Assembly (NCBI GenBank): GCA_964291655.2
Contig: OZ219801.1
Span: forward strand, 128,001 to 192,000
Source of the DNA: Chloroflexota bacterium
Lineage (GTDB): Bacteria; Chloroflexota; UBA11872; VXOZ01
DNA: 64,000 nt
Reading direction: 5' to 3'
Of this stretch, positions 1-10,538 are shown piece by piece. Position 1 is the stretch's first letter. Every line of letters starts with the position of its first letter. Both the position numbers and the translations under genes were made by a program. The notes beneath the pieces are model-generated. The model was not told the DNA's origin. It saw nothing but the letters and a program-made list of their open reading frames with translations, and did no database searches.

Positions 1-70
1 CATGACCATCATTGAAGTGATAGAGTCCCGTTTCCAAGTGGAGGAATTTAGAACCTGCCCAGTCATCACC

Positions 71-203
71 TTGGGGTGAGGGTGAATCCCCACAACCCGG
101 TCTACACGTACAGATTTGGCACTATGGCGCACAAGTCCTACCGGGAGTGGAAGGCACGTTGGCAAGAGCCCCTCACCCCAACCCTCTCCCCGAGGAGAGG
201 GAG
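71..203. repeat. Palindromic intergenic repeat (CCCTCACCCCAACCCTCTCCC..GGAGAGGG type)
   Basis: ttggggtgaggg (71-82) is the reverse complement of ccctcaccccaa (170-181); hairpin ccctctcc-ccga-ggagaggg at 182-201. Confidence 0.6.
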
Positions 204-289
204 TGATCTCTGCGTCTCCAGTCGAAGTTGTGCAAAGCATTACGCGTGAACTAATTCCAAGGTCTCCATAGGAAAAGAGGGAGTTGGCA

Positions 290-1393
290 ATGCAACGATA
301 CCGGGCGGCGCTGATCGGCTGTGGGGGGATGAGCAAGTCGCACCTTCCCGCGCTTCACGAAGTTGGTGAGATAGACGTCGTTGCCGTCTGCGACATTGAC
401 GAGGGCCGACTGCATGCAGTTGGCGACGCGTTCAACGTGGCAAACCGCTACACCGACTACCACGCCATGTTCGCAGCGGAGAAGCTGGACATCGTCGCCA
501 TTGCTACGCAGGGACCCCAACACTGCGCCGCTACGGTAGCGGCGGCAGAGCATGGCGTCCACGTGCTTTGTGAAAAGCCCATGGCTCTCGACCTTGTTGA
601 GGCCGATCAGATGGTGGAGGCTTGCGACCAGGCCGGCGTGAAGCTTGCCATTAACCATCAAGCCACGGTGCGCCCGTCCCTGCAACGCATGCGGTCCATG
701 ATCGAAAATGGGGACATTGGTGACGTAGTCTTGGTGCGCGGTAACAACAAGAGCGGGCGCAAAGCCGGTAACGAACTTATGGAGATGGGCACGCACGTCT
801 TCGACCGCATGCAGTTCTTAGGCGGAGCGCCGACCTGGTGCCTAGCCCACCTTACCTGGGAGGGAAGAGCCGCCACAATTGATGACGCCATGGATTCTCA
901 GGAAATGAGTCCCAGAGACCGCGCCTCCGGTCCGGTGCTGGGCGAACGAGCCTATGCGCTGTTCGGCATGTCACGCGCACCGGTGGGTGAATGCCAGTTT
1001 CTGGGCTATGAGAAGACTGACAACCGGCTCTACAGCGTGGACGTGCTTGGTACTAAGGGGCAGCTATCCTTGCGCGGCACCGGCACGCGGCGGGGCAACA
1101 GCGATCTCTTCCACCTGCCCGTGCCGGCGTTCTATCCTGCTGATCTGCAGGATGCGCCTCAATGGCAGCACATAGCGGTGCCGGAAGAGCTCGACCCGCG
1201 ACTTGGCGAGCACAGCATTACCCCAATCCTGCAAGAGCTAATCAAGTCCATCGAGACCGGCAGTGATCACCCCTGCAGCGGCGAGGCGGGCCGCTACAAC
1301 CTGGAGATGGTGATGGCTATGTATACCTCGCACCTGAGCGGGCAACGTGTAAGCATTCCTCTCGCCGAGCGAGCACACCCCTTGTCTCCGTGA
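290..1393 (+). CDS. Gfo/Idh/MocA family oxidoreductase
   Basis: N-terminal Rossmann ALIGCGGM, HVLCEKPMA motif, EMGTHVFD; ATG at 290 (ORF open from TTG 284). Confidence 0.9.
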   Translation: MQRYRAALIGCGGMSKSHLPALHEVGEIDVVAVCDIDEGRLHAVGDAFNVANRYTDYHAMFAAEKLDIVAIATQGPQHCAATVAAAEHGVHVLCEKPMALDLVEADQMVEACDQAGVKLAINHQATVRPSLQRMRSMIENGDIGDVVLVRGNNKSGRKAGNELMEMGTHVFDRMQFLGGAPTWCLAHLTWEGRAATIDDAMDSQEMSPRDRASGPVLGERAYALFGMSRAPVGECQFLGYEKTDNRLYSVDVLGTKGQLSLRGTGTRRGNSDLFHLPVPAFYPADLQDAPQWQHIAVPEELDPRLGEHSITPILQELIKSIETGSDHPCSGEAGRYNLEMVMAMYTSHLSGQRVSIPLAERAHPLSP

Positions 1394-1501
1394 TTCTCGC
1401 GCAACGGGCCGTCTCGCTTCTCAAGCTCAGTATGATTCCATGGAGTGCTCTTGACACCTCTCTTACTTGCAGCTGGGGCGAGCATGAAGATACTTAACAA
1501 C

Positions 1502-1541
1502 AAACCGCCCCAGGCAGGAATTCTGCCTAGGGCGGCATTTT
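1502..1541. terminator. Intrinsic terminator-like hairpin between convergent genes
   Basis: ccgccccaggcag-gaatt-ctgcctagggcgg followed by catttt and preceded by aaa. Confidence 0.6.
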
Positions 1542-1660
1542 GGATGCCTATTCCTCTTGGAGCGCTGTCAATGGCACTCCACAGCGCAGTAGACGATTGC
1601 CTCTAGGACTCTTGCCGAACGCGTCGTGCAGAGGCAAGGCCATCAATGATTGACTATCCC

Positions 1661-2473
1661 CTAAGGCCAATAGATCCGTATGGGGGCGCTCTCAACCGTA
1701 GCGCCGTTCGGCGTGAGAGCTCTCACTGTGATGATGAGATTGCTGCTTCCTTCCAAGATGTCGATTTTGCGTAACGTGAACGTGCCACCCACGTTCGCAA
1801 CGCCTGATGCTGCCTGGGCGCTATCCAGAACCCTTCCATCCGCACGGACAATATCAATTTTCGATGCATTTGTCACCGAAATGCTCAAGCTGACCGGATC
1901 CTCTGTGGCCCGATACGAGCCTTGACTATCCTCCGTTGCGGTCCCCTTCGCAGCAATGAACGTAAAGGTCACTCCACCATTTGCTGCCGTAGGTGACGGG
2001 AAGAAGGTTGGCTGGGTCGCGGCGGGAGCGGCGGTTGGAGTGGATGAACTCGATGCGAGTTCCTGGGGTACTCGGAGTGTCTGCCCTTCAAATATCGTAT
2101 TCGGATCAGCGAGGCAGTTCGCTGCCTGGACAATTGCCTGTGTGGAATCACTGCGCAGGGCGATGCTATAGAGCGTGTCTCCCGATTGTACGGTGTAGGT
2201 CGGCCAATCGGTACGTGGTGTGCAAGATGGCGGGGCGGTCGCGGCCTGCTGAGCCCGCGTCGGCAATGGCACTAATGTTGGCACCGGCGAGGCAGCAGGC
2301 GCCTCGGAGGTTTCTTGCGTTGGGCGAATGACCGTTGGGATGAATTCAGGAGTGGGCGTCTCTTCATCGGGGCCGTTCCCCACAAATGGGACGCAAGCGG
2401 TTGCTATGACCGCAAGTCCCAGCAACAAAAGCATGACCCGGAAGAAATTAAGGGGCATTTTCACTGGCGACAC
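1661..2473 (-). CDS. LysM domain lipoprotein
   Basis: Signal peptide with lipobox IATAC, Pro/Thr linker, LysM YTVQSGDTLYSIA...NCLADPNTIFEGQTLRVP. Confidence 0.85.
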   Translation of the reverse strand: MSPVKMPLNFFRVMLLLLGLAVIATACVPFVGNGPDEETPTPEFIPTVIRPTQETSEAPAASPVPTLVPLPTRAQQAATAPPSCTPRTDWPTYTVQSGDTLYSIALRSDSTQAIVQAANCLADPNTIFEGQTLRVPQELASSSSTPTAAPAATQPTFFPSPTAANGGVTFTFIAAKGTATEDSQGSYRATEDPVSLSISVTNASKIDIVRADGRVLDSAQAASGVANVGGTFTLRKIDILEGSSNLIITVRALTPNGATVESAPIRIYWP

Positions 2474-2711
2474 TCCTCTTCTCGCAAGCTACCTACACCA
2501 CGGCCCGAAAGGTGCAAAGTAAAAACATCCCTCGGGACTGACTTTGTGAGAATGATCCACCAACCTAAACCACGCTGAGACCAGGGCAGGTGGTGGATAC
2601 AAAACAACTAAACAGACGCTCTGTGGGACTGACGAATCAGAGAGCTATATATATGATGCCTGGAATGGCTGCACATTACAAGCGAACCGCAGAATCCGGC
2701 GCATGACGGCC

Positions 2712-3665
2712 CTACAGCAAGGACCGGGCTTTCGCCACAATGTGTTGAGCGGTCAAGCCATACTTCTGCAGGAGCGCTGACGCATCCCCGGACTCAGCGT
2801 AGGTGTTCTCAACTCCGACGAATGCCATTGCGCAGGGGGCATGCTCGGCAACCGCCATTGCCACGACACTACCGAGACCGCACTGAACCAGATGTTCCTC
2901 AGCAACTACGATCTTGCCTGTTTCACGCGCCGCTTTCGTCACGGCTGCCACGTCCAGCGGTCGCACCGTGTGCATGTCGAGCACACGAGCCTGGACACCC
3001 TCCGCGGCTAATGTCTGTGCTGCCTCCAACGCGGCAGCAACCATGATGCCGTTACTAATGAGCGTAATGTCCCCGCCGCTGCGCAATTCGTTCGCCTTGC
3101 CCAGCGTGAAATCAGGATTGTCCCCGTAAGTGACGGGCACGTCCGGCCGACCCACGCGCATGTATGCGGGACCCTCTGCGCTCAACATCGCCGCAACCGC
3201 CTTATGGGTGGAGGGCTCATCGGCGGGTACGATCACGGTAAACGTCGGCAATCCCAACGCCAAAGCGACATCTTCGATAGCCATCTGCGACGGGCCGTCT
3301 TCACCGATGCTTATTCCTGCATGGCTGCCGACGACTTTTACATTGAGATTCGGGAAAGCAATCGACATGCGCAACTGGTCGTACCCGTTGCACATGATAA
3401 AGCAGGCGAAGCTGGCAATCACCGGCAGTTTTCCACACGCTGCCAAACCGGCGCCGATACCTACCAAGTTCGATTCCGCGATGCCGACATTGATGAAGCG
3501 TTCGGGAAACTCCTGCGCGAACCACTCGGTACGCGTGGAATTATTGACGTCGCCGTCCACGACGACAATATCGGGATTAGTCCTGCCGGCCTCCCGCAAC
3601 GCGGCGCCAAACGCATCGCGAGTCGCCTTGCCCATCTTGAGATTGACTTCTGGTTCTACTGCCAT
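2712..3665 (-). CDS. Transketolase, C-terminal (pyrimidine-binding) subunit
   Basis: ERFINVGIAESN, SHAGISIGEDGPSQMAIED, DMHTVRPLD motifs. Confidence 0.92.
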   Translation of the reverse strand: MAVEPEVNLKMGKATRDAFGAALREAGRTNPDIVVVDGDVNNSTRTEWFAQEFPERFINVGIAESNLVGIGAGLAACGKLPVIASFACFIMCNGYDQLRMSIAFPNLNVKVVGSHAGISIGEDGPSQMAIEDVALALGLPTFTVIVPADEPSTHKAVAAMLSAEGPAYMRVGRPDVPVTYGDNPDFTLGKANELRSGGDITLISNGIMVAAALEAAQTLAAEGVQARVLDMHTVRPLDVAAVTKAARETGKIVVAEEHLVQCGLGSVVAMAVAEHAPCAMAFVGVENTYAESGDASALLQKYGLTAQHIVAKARSLL

Positions 3666-4480
3666 CCGAGTTCCTCCAAGGCACGTTGCTCTTCTTCCTT
3701 GGTAAGCGATTTGCCATGATATGAATAGTCTGCTTCAACGAAAGAGACGCCTTTGCCCTTGACCGTATGGGCGACAATGCAAGATGGGCGTCCCTCGGTG
3801 GACTTGGCTCGCTGCAATGCTTGCACCACGGCGGATGTGTCGTGACCGTCAATTTCCTGAACATCCCATTGAAAGGCCCGCCACTTTTCCGTCAGCGGCG
3901 AGTAGTCGAGCACGTCTCTCACCCAGCCGGTCTGCTGGGCTTTGTTGTGGTCCACAATGGCGGTCACGTTGTCGAGGTTATAGTGAGCCGCCGTCATGGC
4001 AGCTTCCCAAATCTGCCCTTCGTCCAGTTCCCCATCACCCAATATGACGAAAACGTGGAAATCTCTATTCTCGATGCGGGCTGCGAAGGCATGTCCCAAG
4101 CCTAGCGAGAGTCCCTGACCCAGAGATCCGGTACTAGCTTCTACACCGGGCAGGCGGGTCATGTTGGGATGCCCCTCGAGCGGGCTGCCAATCTGCCTAA
4201 GGGTTGCCAGCAGGTCCGTTGAGAAATACCCGGCCTGCGCCAAGACAACATAGAGCAACGGGCTCGCGTGGCCTTTACTCATGATCAAGCGATCACGATC
4301 ATGCCATTGCGGATTTGCGGGATCATATTGCATGATGCCGCCGAAATACAATGCAGCCATGATCTCTACGCCGGAGAGCGAGCTTGACGGGTGCCCTGAC
4401 CCTGCTATTGTCGTGCAGGTGATGATGTCGCGGCGGATTAGTCGAGCTTGTTCTTCTAGATCTTCGATTGACATCTTCAT
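3656..4480 (-). CDS. Transketolase, N-terminal (TPP-binding) subunit
   Basis: SGHPSSSLS, DRLIMSKGHAS, STGSLGQG, GDGELDEGQIWEA; start moved to MKMSIED (4480); overlaps the C-terminal subunit start. Confidence 0.92.
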   Translation of the reverse strand: MKMSIEDLEEQARLIRRDIITCTTIAGSGHPSSSLSGVEIMAALYFGGIMQYDPANPQWHDRDRLIMSKGHASPLLYVVLAQAGYFSTDLLATLRQIGSPLEGHPNMTRLPGVEASTGSLGQGLSLGLGHAFAARIENRDFHVFVILGDGELDEGQIWEAAMTAAHYNLDNVTAIVDHNKAQQTGWVRDVLDYSPLTEKWRAFQWDVQEIDGHDTSAVVQALQRAKSTEGRPSCIVAHTVKGKGVSFVEADYSYHGKSLTKEEEQRALEELGWQ

Positions 4481-4961
4481 CGATACACCCACTGCCTTGA
4501 AAATCCTTCTGCTACCTTCACTCTGACGTCGTGTTCCCGGCGGAGAACCATCCGCGTCCAATGCGCCTTGGTATACTTCCGGGACAGGAGGCTTATTCTT
4601 CTCGAGAAGAAGCACACACACTCACACTATTGTAGCGTTTACGCGCCGGGGGCGCGAGCGCTTCCGGCCAGTCTCCTATTTCAGCCCCTTCCCAGTCGCC
4701 CTGCCACTGAACGTGCACCCCTCGCTTCCCTTGCGGAGACAATTCAAGCCGCACAGACAATTCGGCACTTGAGTGCAGAGGGCACTGTGGGAAAATCGTA
4801 GCGTGCATCCCCTTGCGGCCTGGACGTGTACGCCAGTGCTATACTTGAGCCGACGTGAGTGCTAAGAATTGATTCTCAAGAACTGTGCCAATGACTATTC
4901 GCTTGTCCGGTGAGTGTAGCAGGCAAGAACAGGACTCTAGGTTTACGGCCTGGCTCTCCGC

Positions 4962-5849
4962 TTGCACGATCTGAATCGAGAGGACCCCCATCCCTTGGCT
5001 ACGTCTGAGTCCACCCCCGAGACCAACCAACCTAAGACTCGCGCCTTTCCCAACGTCTGGCAGGCCCTGGTTTTACTCGGCCTGCTTTTGATTCTGCAGT
5101 TGGGCGTGACTGTGGTAGTAGGCTTCTACCTTTCCCTTCAGTCGATTCCGATGCAGGAGTTGTCCACGGTGCTTGCAATGGTGAACCTTTCCACCTTTGG
5201 CGCCGTCGTAATCTTGGGTACGGCATGGTCTCGCGTTTCGGCCCGCCAACTCTTCTATCTGCGGGGATTCTCCCCCATGCTGATCCTGCCGATGTTCGTG
5301 ATGATGCTTGGCCTCATCATTGTCGTATCGGAACTCGATAACGTCCTCCAACGTTTCCTTCCGATACCGGACTGGCTCATAGAGATGCTTGGCGAGCTTG
5401 GTCTTGGCGAGGGCTTCGCCCTTGGCACCTTCATTGTGCTGGTTGTTGTCGCGCCAATCACCGAAGAACCACTGTTCCGCGGCATCCTGCTCCATGGCTT
5501 CACGCGCAACTACGGTGCGTGGTGGGCGGTGATAGTTACCGCTTTCCTATTTGGTGCTATTCACATGAATCCCTGGCAATTCGTAGGCGCTTTTTTCCTG
5601 GGGCTTGCGTTTGGGTGGTGGACGTTGGAGACGCGGTCTATTCTGCCGGCGATCCTCGGCCACGCTATGAACAATGGCATGGTCGTCATTACGGTCGACG
5701 TGTTAAGCGTGGAGATTCAAGGTTTCAATGCCTGGGAAGAAGGGGTGCAGACTCACCAGCCGTGGTGGTTCACACTCTCAGGCGTTATTTTGCTCGTAGT
5801 CGGAGCGGGGATTCTGTACCAGCTATGGTTGCAGGAGCGCCAGACCTGA
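4962..5849 (+). CDS. CPBP (Abi/CAAX) family intramembrane metalloprotease
   Basis: Multi-TM protein; APITEEPLFRG, FGAIH, GHAMNN motifs. Confidence 0.88.
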   Translation: MHDLNREDPHPLATSESTPETNQPKTRAFPNVWQALVLLGLLLILQLGVTVVVGFYLSLQSIPMQELSTVLAMVNLSTFGAVVILGTAWSRVSARQLFYLRGFSPMLILPMFVMMLGLIIVVSELDNVLQRFLPIPDWLIEMLGELGLGEGFALGTFIVLVVVAPITEEPLFRGILLHGFTRNYGAWWAVIVTAFLFGAIHMNPWQFVGAFFLGLAFGWWTLETRSILPAILGHAMNNGMVVITVDVLSVEIQGFNAWEEGVQTHQPWWFTLSGVILLVVGAGILYQLWLQERQT

Positions 5850-5979
5850 TAGCGCCTTCACCCGGCGCCAGCCCTTCTCGTTGTGAGACTCGCGTTTCGT
5901 ACGCTCGTGCATGAAGAGTCGCCAACGTCGGCCAGTACGAGATTGCTCTCTCTTACAGCGGATCGGTAGCAGGATTTGA

Positions 5980-6336
5980 CTAACGCGAGCGCCACAACCA
6001 GAGAACGTTGATGAAGAAGACCATTCCCAAAACGGCATAGAAGCCGTTTGCGCCAGCCACGATCGCGCCGACGATCACCAGCGGCACGCCAAAGCCCAAC
6101 ACGGGCATCGCCACTTTGAGAAAGGCCTCCGCGTCGGATCTTGCCTGCGTGCGTGCCTGGATCATAGCAACCTCGATGCGCTCGTTGATGTGGGAATCAA
6201 TGCGCTCCATTAGCGCCGCCACGATGTGATCGTCATAGTGCTCGCCCAGCTCGCGGCGGGTGGCCACTGTAGACCTCAGCTCATCTTTCAGCCGGGCTGT
6301 TTCCGCGGGATCCTGCGGCCGAAACTTACTTGCCAT
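5980..6336 (-). CDS. Small membrane hypothetical protein
   Basis: RRELGEHYDDHIVAALMERID helix followed by two TM segments; ATG at 6336 after an AAGGAAG RBS-like motif. Confidence 0.65.
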   Translation of the reverse strand: MASKFRPQDPAETARLKDELRSTVATRRELGEHYDDHIVAALMERIDSHINERIEVAMIQARTQARSDAEAFLKVAMPVLGFGVPLVIVGAIVAGANGFYAVLGMVFFINVLWLWRSR

Positions 6337-6447
6337 CGGCTGGCTTCCTTTGTACTCCGCGCCGCCATGCCTCCTCCGGTAAACCACGACCCCATCATAA
6401 CGCAATTGACGGAACTCGAGGTGAGAAGCCTCTAGGTTTTGTCCTGC

Positions 6448-7581
6448 TCACAGCAATGCTCCCTCGTCATGCAACCGCCACGCAGCATCAACGAGCGCCC
6501 AGAGGCCCCCGCTTACCGCCGCATTGCCGCCCAGCACCACAGGATAGCCTGCGTCCCACGCTGCGCCTGCAAAGTCTTGTGTCGATTCATCCTCGATCTC
6601 GCTAACCAGTCCCATGTCTGCAGCAAACCTATCATGTCCGTTGACCTGCCCTCCGCCGTGCGCAAACAGCACGCGCGAGTCGAGAAAGAGGGCGTCTCCC
6701 ATCTGCGAGAACGCGTCAAAGAAAGCCCGAGGCCCTACTTCCTCTAAGTAAAACCCCAGCAATGAGCGCACCGGCCGTGCGCTTGTGCTCATGCCCCGTT
6801 CTTCGGAATAGACGCGGATGCGGCACGCCATGTCCCGCCTGAGCAACGGCCAGAGCTGGGCGCTAACGCGCCCGGCCAAAACGACCTCTTCATGCGGCCG
6901 CACGAAGGAAGGCATTGCATCGCGCAGACGCGAGCTTAAGGAGAGCAGTGGCCGGCTAACAGATTGCTGTGCAATATAGGCGCGGGCCACCGGACCGCAA
7001 AGTGGATGAAGCCCGAGCATGGCAAGATCAGTAGGGGTGTCGATATCGAACATTGCGGCAATTGCGGGTTCCAGCGGTTCATGGCGCAGACTTGCTTCCA
7101 GGACCAGTTGCCGCGCCAGGCCGTTATCACGTGTGCGCGGCAGATCGACAGCGGTAAGGGCGTTCGCAGGATGAAATCCGATGAAGTCTGCCGAAAAGAA
7201 GTTGTTCGCAATCAGCCCATGGTCCAGGAGCGCAACCGCGTCGCGCAGGGCTGCCAATTCGCCAACGGAGAGCAGGGGACCGCTGCCTCCGCCGATATAG
7301 AGGACGCGTGATATGCAGTGTCGTGCGACGATTCCCGCGAGGGTATTGCCAAAGTGAAAGCACCGCGCGTCCGCGGTTGGCTCAATGATGACTTCCGGCG
7401 CAATGCCCCTGCACGCCTCCGCCCGCGAAGTTGCAAGGATGATTGGCGCAAATCCCCCGGCCGTCTGAGCCTTGGCAATTAAGTCTTGAGCAATGGCAAG
7501 ATGGCTATCAAAGACCAATTGCTCCAGCGCGGTGGCGCCTTCCTTGCCGGCAAAGAGTACGAGACCGACGTCATCAGCCAT
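6448..7581 (-). CDS. Hypothetical protein with CofC/MobA-like (GT-A fold) features
   Basis: Long ORF; FDIDTPTDL motif typical of nucleotidyltransferase-like proteins. Confidence 0.55.
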   Translation of the reverse strand: MADDVGLVLFAGKEGATALEQLVFDSHLAIAQDLIAKAQTAGGFAPIILATSRAEACRGIAPEVIIEPTADARCFHFGNTLAGIVARHCISRVLYIGGGSGPLLSVGELAALRDAVALLDHGLIANNFFSADFIGFHPANALTAVDLPRTRDNGLARQLVLEASLRHEPLEPAIAAMFDIDTPTDLAMLGLHPLCGPVARAYIAQQSVSRPLLSLSSRLRDAMPSFVRPHEEVVLAGRVSAQLWPLLRRDMACRIRVYSEERGMSTSARPVRSLLGFYLEEVGPRAFFDAFSQMGDALFLDSRVLFAHGGGQVNGHDRFAADMGLVSEIEDESTQDFAGAAWDAGYPVVLGGNAAVSGGLWALVDAAWRLHDEGALL

Positions 7582-8025
7582 ACGCAAATCACTTCCGCTG
7601 CGTTGTGTTGGCGGTTGCCACAGTATGGCTGGGCACTCTTACAGATCGCACACCGAATTACGAACTGTGGCCGAACTCTTCACCCGCCACACCAAGATTG
7701 CGACGCGAGACTAGTTCTGTTGCTTGCACCGCAATGGCTTACAGCCCTCATGCAATTACGAACTACACCAAACGCGGACAACCCATCGTGACGATTGCCC
7801 AACCCTTGCGGTAGTGCAGGTTTGCTACCTGGGCTCATGCGGCAGCGTGACTCTCGCCGGATCGCAGACCTACTCTTGGCAAGAGTCCGGCCCTACTCAC
7901 GTAAAGTCCCGCCACCTGTGCGCGTGTGCCACACACAAACAGCCGCCAGATGAATTACCAAAGTACTCATCCAGCGGCAATCGAGTATCGCATTGCCAAA
8001 GCATTTTCACGCAATGGCAAAGAAC

Positions 8026-8337
8026 CTACATGTACCCATACTCCATGCGGATCTCTTCGGACATCATTTCCGGCGACCACGCCGGGTCCCAGACGATTTC
8101 CACTTCCACTTCCTCCACGCCCTCAAGGTCTTCGACTACCTGATTGACCTGGGCAATGATGTACGGTCCCGCTGGACAACCGGGAAACGTGAGCGTCATC
8201 TTGATCCCAACGTTGTTGTCATCGGCAGTGGTGTTGATCTCGTAGATTAACCCCAAATCAACAATGTTGACGCCCAGTTCAGGATCGATGACTTCCTTCA
8301 GGCCTTCACGAATTACGTCTTCAGCAACAATAGCCAT
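8026..8337 (-). CDS. Metal-sulfur cluster assembly factor (DUF59/SufT-like)
   Basis: VIDPELGVNIVDLGLIY, MTLTFPGCPAG, VWDPAWSPEMMS. Confidence 0.92.
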   Translation of the reverse strand: MAIVAEDVIREGLKEVIDPELGVNIVDLGLIYEINTTADDNNVGIKMTLTFPGCPAGPYIIAQVNQVVEDLEGVEEVEVEIVWDPAWSPEMMSEEIRMEYGYM

Positions 8338-8418
8338 GTATTTTTCTCCTGGCTCCGATCTCTGTCGTGCCTCTATGGACCATAGTAACAACCGCAAGCG
8401 CGACCCGGCAATGTTGGG

Positions 8419-9126
8419 CTAGTCTACCTCCCGCGCGTAGAGTTCCAGAATGCTGCCCGCAAAGCCGGTGGCCTCCGGTGAAGCAAGAAACACCAAGGCG
8501 TTGGCAAATTCGTCGAGGCTCACGGCGTTGCGCATGTCTTCTTCATCGAGGTATTGTTCCGCCTCCACGGTTGCGATCGTGCCCGCCACAAGGCACGTTG
8601 GTACAATGCCGCGCTGCTTGTAGTCGCGCGCCACACCTTTGGTGAACGTGACCACCGCGGCCTTACTCGCACCGAAGAGCGCGCGTCCCGGCGCCGGATC
8701 AAAGGCGCTGCCTCCGGCGATCGTGATGATATGTCCGTGCCCCTGCGCCAGCATCGCCGGCAGAACCGCGCGCACAAGATTGTAGCTCGTGTAGAGGTTC
8801 GCCTCGATCTGATGTTGCAAGTCCGCCAAGGTCGTCTCTGTTACCTCGCGTTGATCGAAGCTGCCGGAGAGGAGCGTCGCCGCATCCAAGTGCCCAAACG
8901 CGGCGCAGGTCTGCTCTACTGCGGAATTGGCTTGATCAGCCTCTGCGAGGTCCGCCTCTATGCCCAGCACCGTATCCCCATGTGGAATCCGGCTCAACGC
9001 AGCCTGCAGGCGGTCACGATTGCGTGCAGTGGTTGCCACCTGATAGCCGGCGTCGAGAAATGCCGAGATTACGGCCCCTCCTGTCCGGGCCGTCGCACTT
9101 CCGATTAGAATTATTCGAGCTTCCAT
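8419..9126 (-). CDS. SDR family oxidoreductase (divergent)
   Basis: SDR fold motifs (ADLA, FGHLDA, NL); catalytic YxxxK appears as FGASK. Confidence 0.8.
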   Translation of the reverse strand: MEARIILIGSATARTGGAVISAFLDAGYQVATTARNRDRLQAALSRIPHGDTVLGIEADLAEADQANSAVEQTCAAFGHLDAATLLSGSFDQREVTETTLADLQHQIEANLYTSYNLVRAVLPAMLAQGHGHIITIAGGSAFDPAPGRALFGASKAAVVTFTKGVARDYKQRGIVPTCLVAGTIATVEAEQYLDEEDMRNAVSLDEFANALVFLASPEATGFAGSILELYAREVD

Positions 9127-9322
9127 AGGACACCTTTCTCCCAAGCCCGCGCAATACTCTCCCCTCACAAGAGATCGCAAGCTGTGTGCGCAGTCACACT
9201 CGCACGTGAACGTTCACCGATTTCACCCTCGCATGTTTTCCGGTTGAGGAATCCCGTAAGGACGCTAGACGCTCTAAACTATTAGCAGAGATTTCGCCCA
9301 AGCAACTTGCCGCGAATAAGGA

Positions 9323-10291
9323 TTACTTTGCCGCAAGAGCATAGCAGGCATCCACCAGCACCATAGCGCGGTGCATGTCTTCTAGACTAGCCAGAGGTTC
9401 GTGTCCTTCACGGTACGCCTGCAGCGTACTCTTGACAAAATCCTGGTAAAGTCCAGGTACAGAGTGGCCGCCGCGCTCCTCAATACCTTTGTCTGTAACG
9501 ATGCTGGTAGCGCCGTCGCGATAGGTAACGTAAGTTGATCCGTCGCTCACGTTCCACACCACGTCTGCGGCATCCGCCGGGTACGTATATGCTACCTCAA
9601 CCACCGCAAATGCACTGTCATCGCCGCAGAATGTGACGTTGGCGTACTCTTCAACCGGGACCCCCGGCGTAATGCGCTGCAGTTGGACGGACCCGATACG
9701 TACCTCCTGGCTGCCAGTGAACCAGGAGAAGAGGTCGGCGTAGTGCACACCGAGATTGCGCAAGGCGCCGCCACCGGATTCTTCCGCCTTCAGCATCCAT
9801 GGACAGCCCGAATCCACGTATCGCTGTACCGGTCCCCCGGCGTAGCGAAAATGCGCATGCTGAATCTGCCCCATGCGCCCATTGTCGCGCAACTCCTTCA
9901 CGGCTTGAGAAAAAGGCGCCGCGCGATTCGTGAGCGGAATGGCGACAAAGACGTCATTTTGCTTAGCAAGTGCGATCAACCGTTCGAATTGGCTGGCGTC
10001 GGTGCCGAGAGGTTTTTCAATTACGAATGGAATGTGCCGCTCGATCAATTGGGTGGCGATCTCCGGCTGCAGCCGGTAGCGTCCAAACGAAAAGACGAAG
10101 TCGGGCTTCTCTCTCTCCAGGAGTTCCACATAGTCCGTATACGGCGTACAGCCTGCGTACTGCCTGGAGAACCGTTCGGCATAGCTGGGCTGCTCGTCAG
10201 AAACGGCCACCGGCGTGATACCAAGCGCGCCAAATGCAGGTAAGTAAAGCGGTACGTGCCAGTGGCTGATCTCCAGTATCGCAATGCGCAT
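9323..10291 (-). CDS. Gfo/Idh/MocA family oxidoreductase
   Basis: IEKPLG, SGGGALRNLGVHYAD. Confidence 0.88.
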   Translation of the reverse strand: MRIAILEISHWHVPLYLPAFGALGITPVAVSDEQPSYAERFSRQYAGCTPYTDYVELLEREKPDFVFSFGRYRLQPEIATQLIERHIPFVIEKPLGTDASQFERLIALAKQNDVFVAIPLTNRAAPFSQAVKELRDNGRMGQIQHAHFRYAGGPVQRYVDSGCPWMLKAEESGGGALRNLGVHYADLFSWFTGSQEVRIGSVQLQRITPGVPVEEYANVTFCGDDSAFAVVEVAYTYPADAADVVWNVSDGSTYVTYRDGATSIVTDKGIEERGGHSVPGLYQDFVKSTLQAYREGHEPLASLEDMHRAMVLVDACYALAAK

Positions 10292-10538
10292 GTTTTGTTC
10301 TCGCTCCCAAGGAAAATTCTATTCACCAGATCTTGCGGCCCTCGCGGGATCAACCATTGAGCGCTCGGGCCGACGCCGCTTTGCCAATGGAAAACAGGGC
10401 ATCTGCAAAGTCGATAAAAACCTTTTATGTCCAGTCGGGTTCGGCCAAGACCCTGTCGAACTATGAACTGCCCCATGGCAGGTTTAGGGCGTGAAGACAC
10501 CAGTGCGCGAATGACTCCTGCGAGTGCCCACTTAGCCT

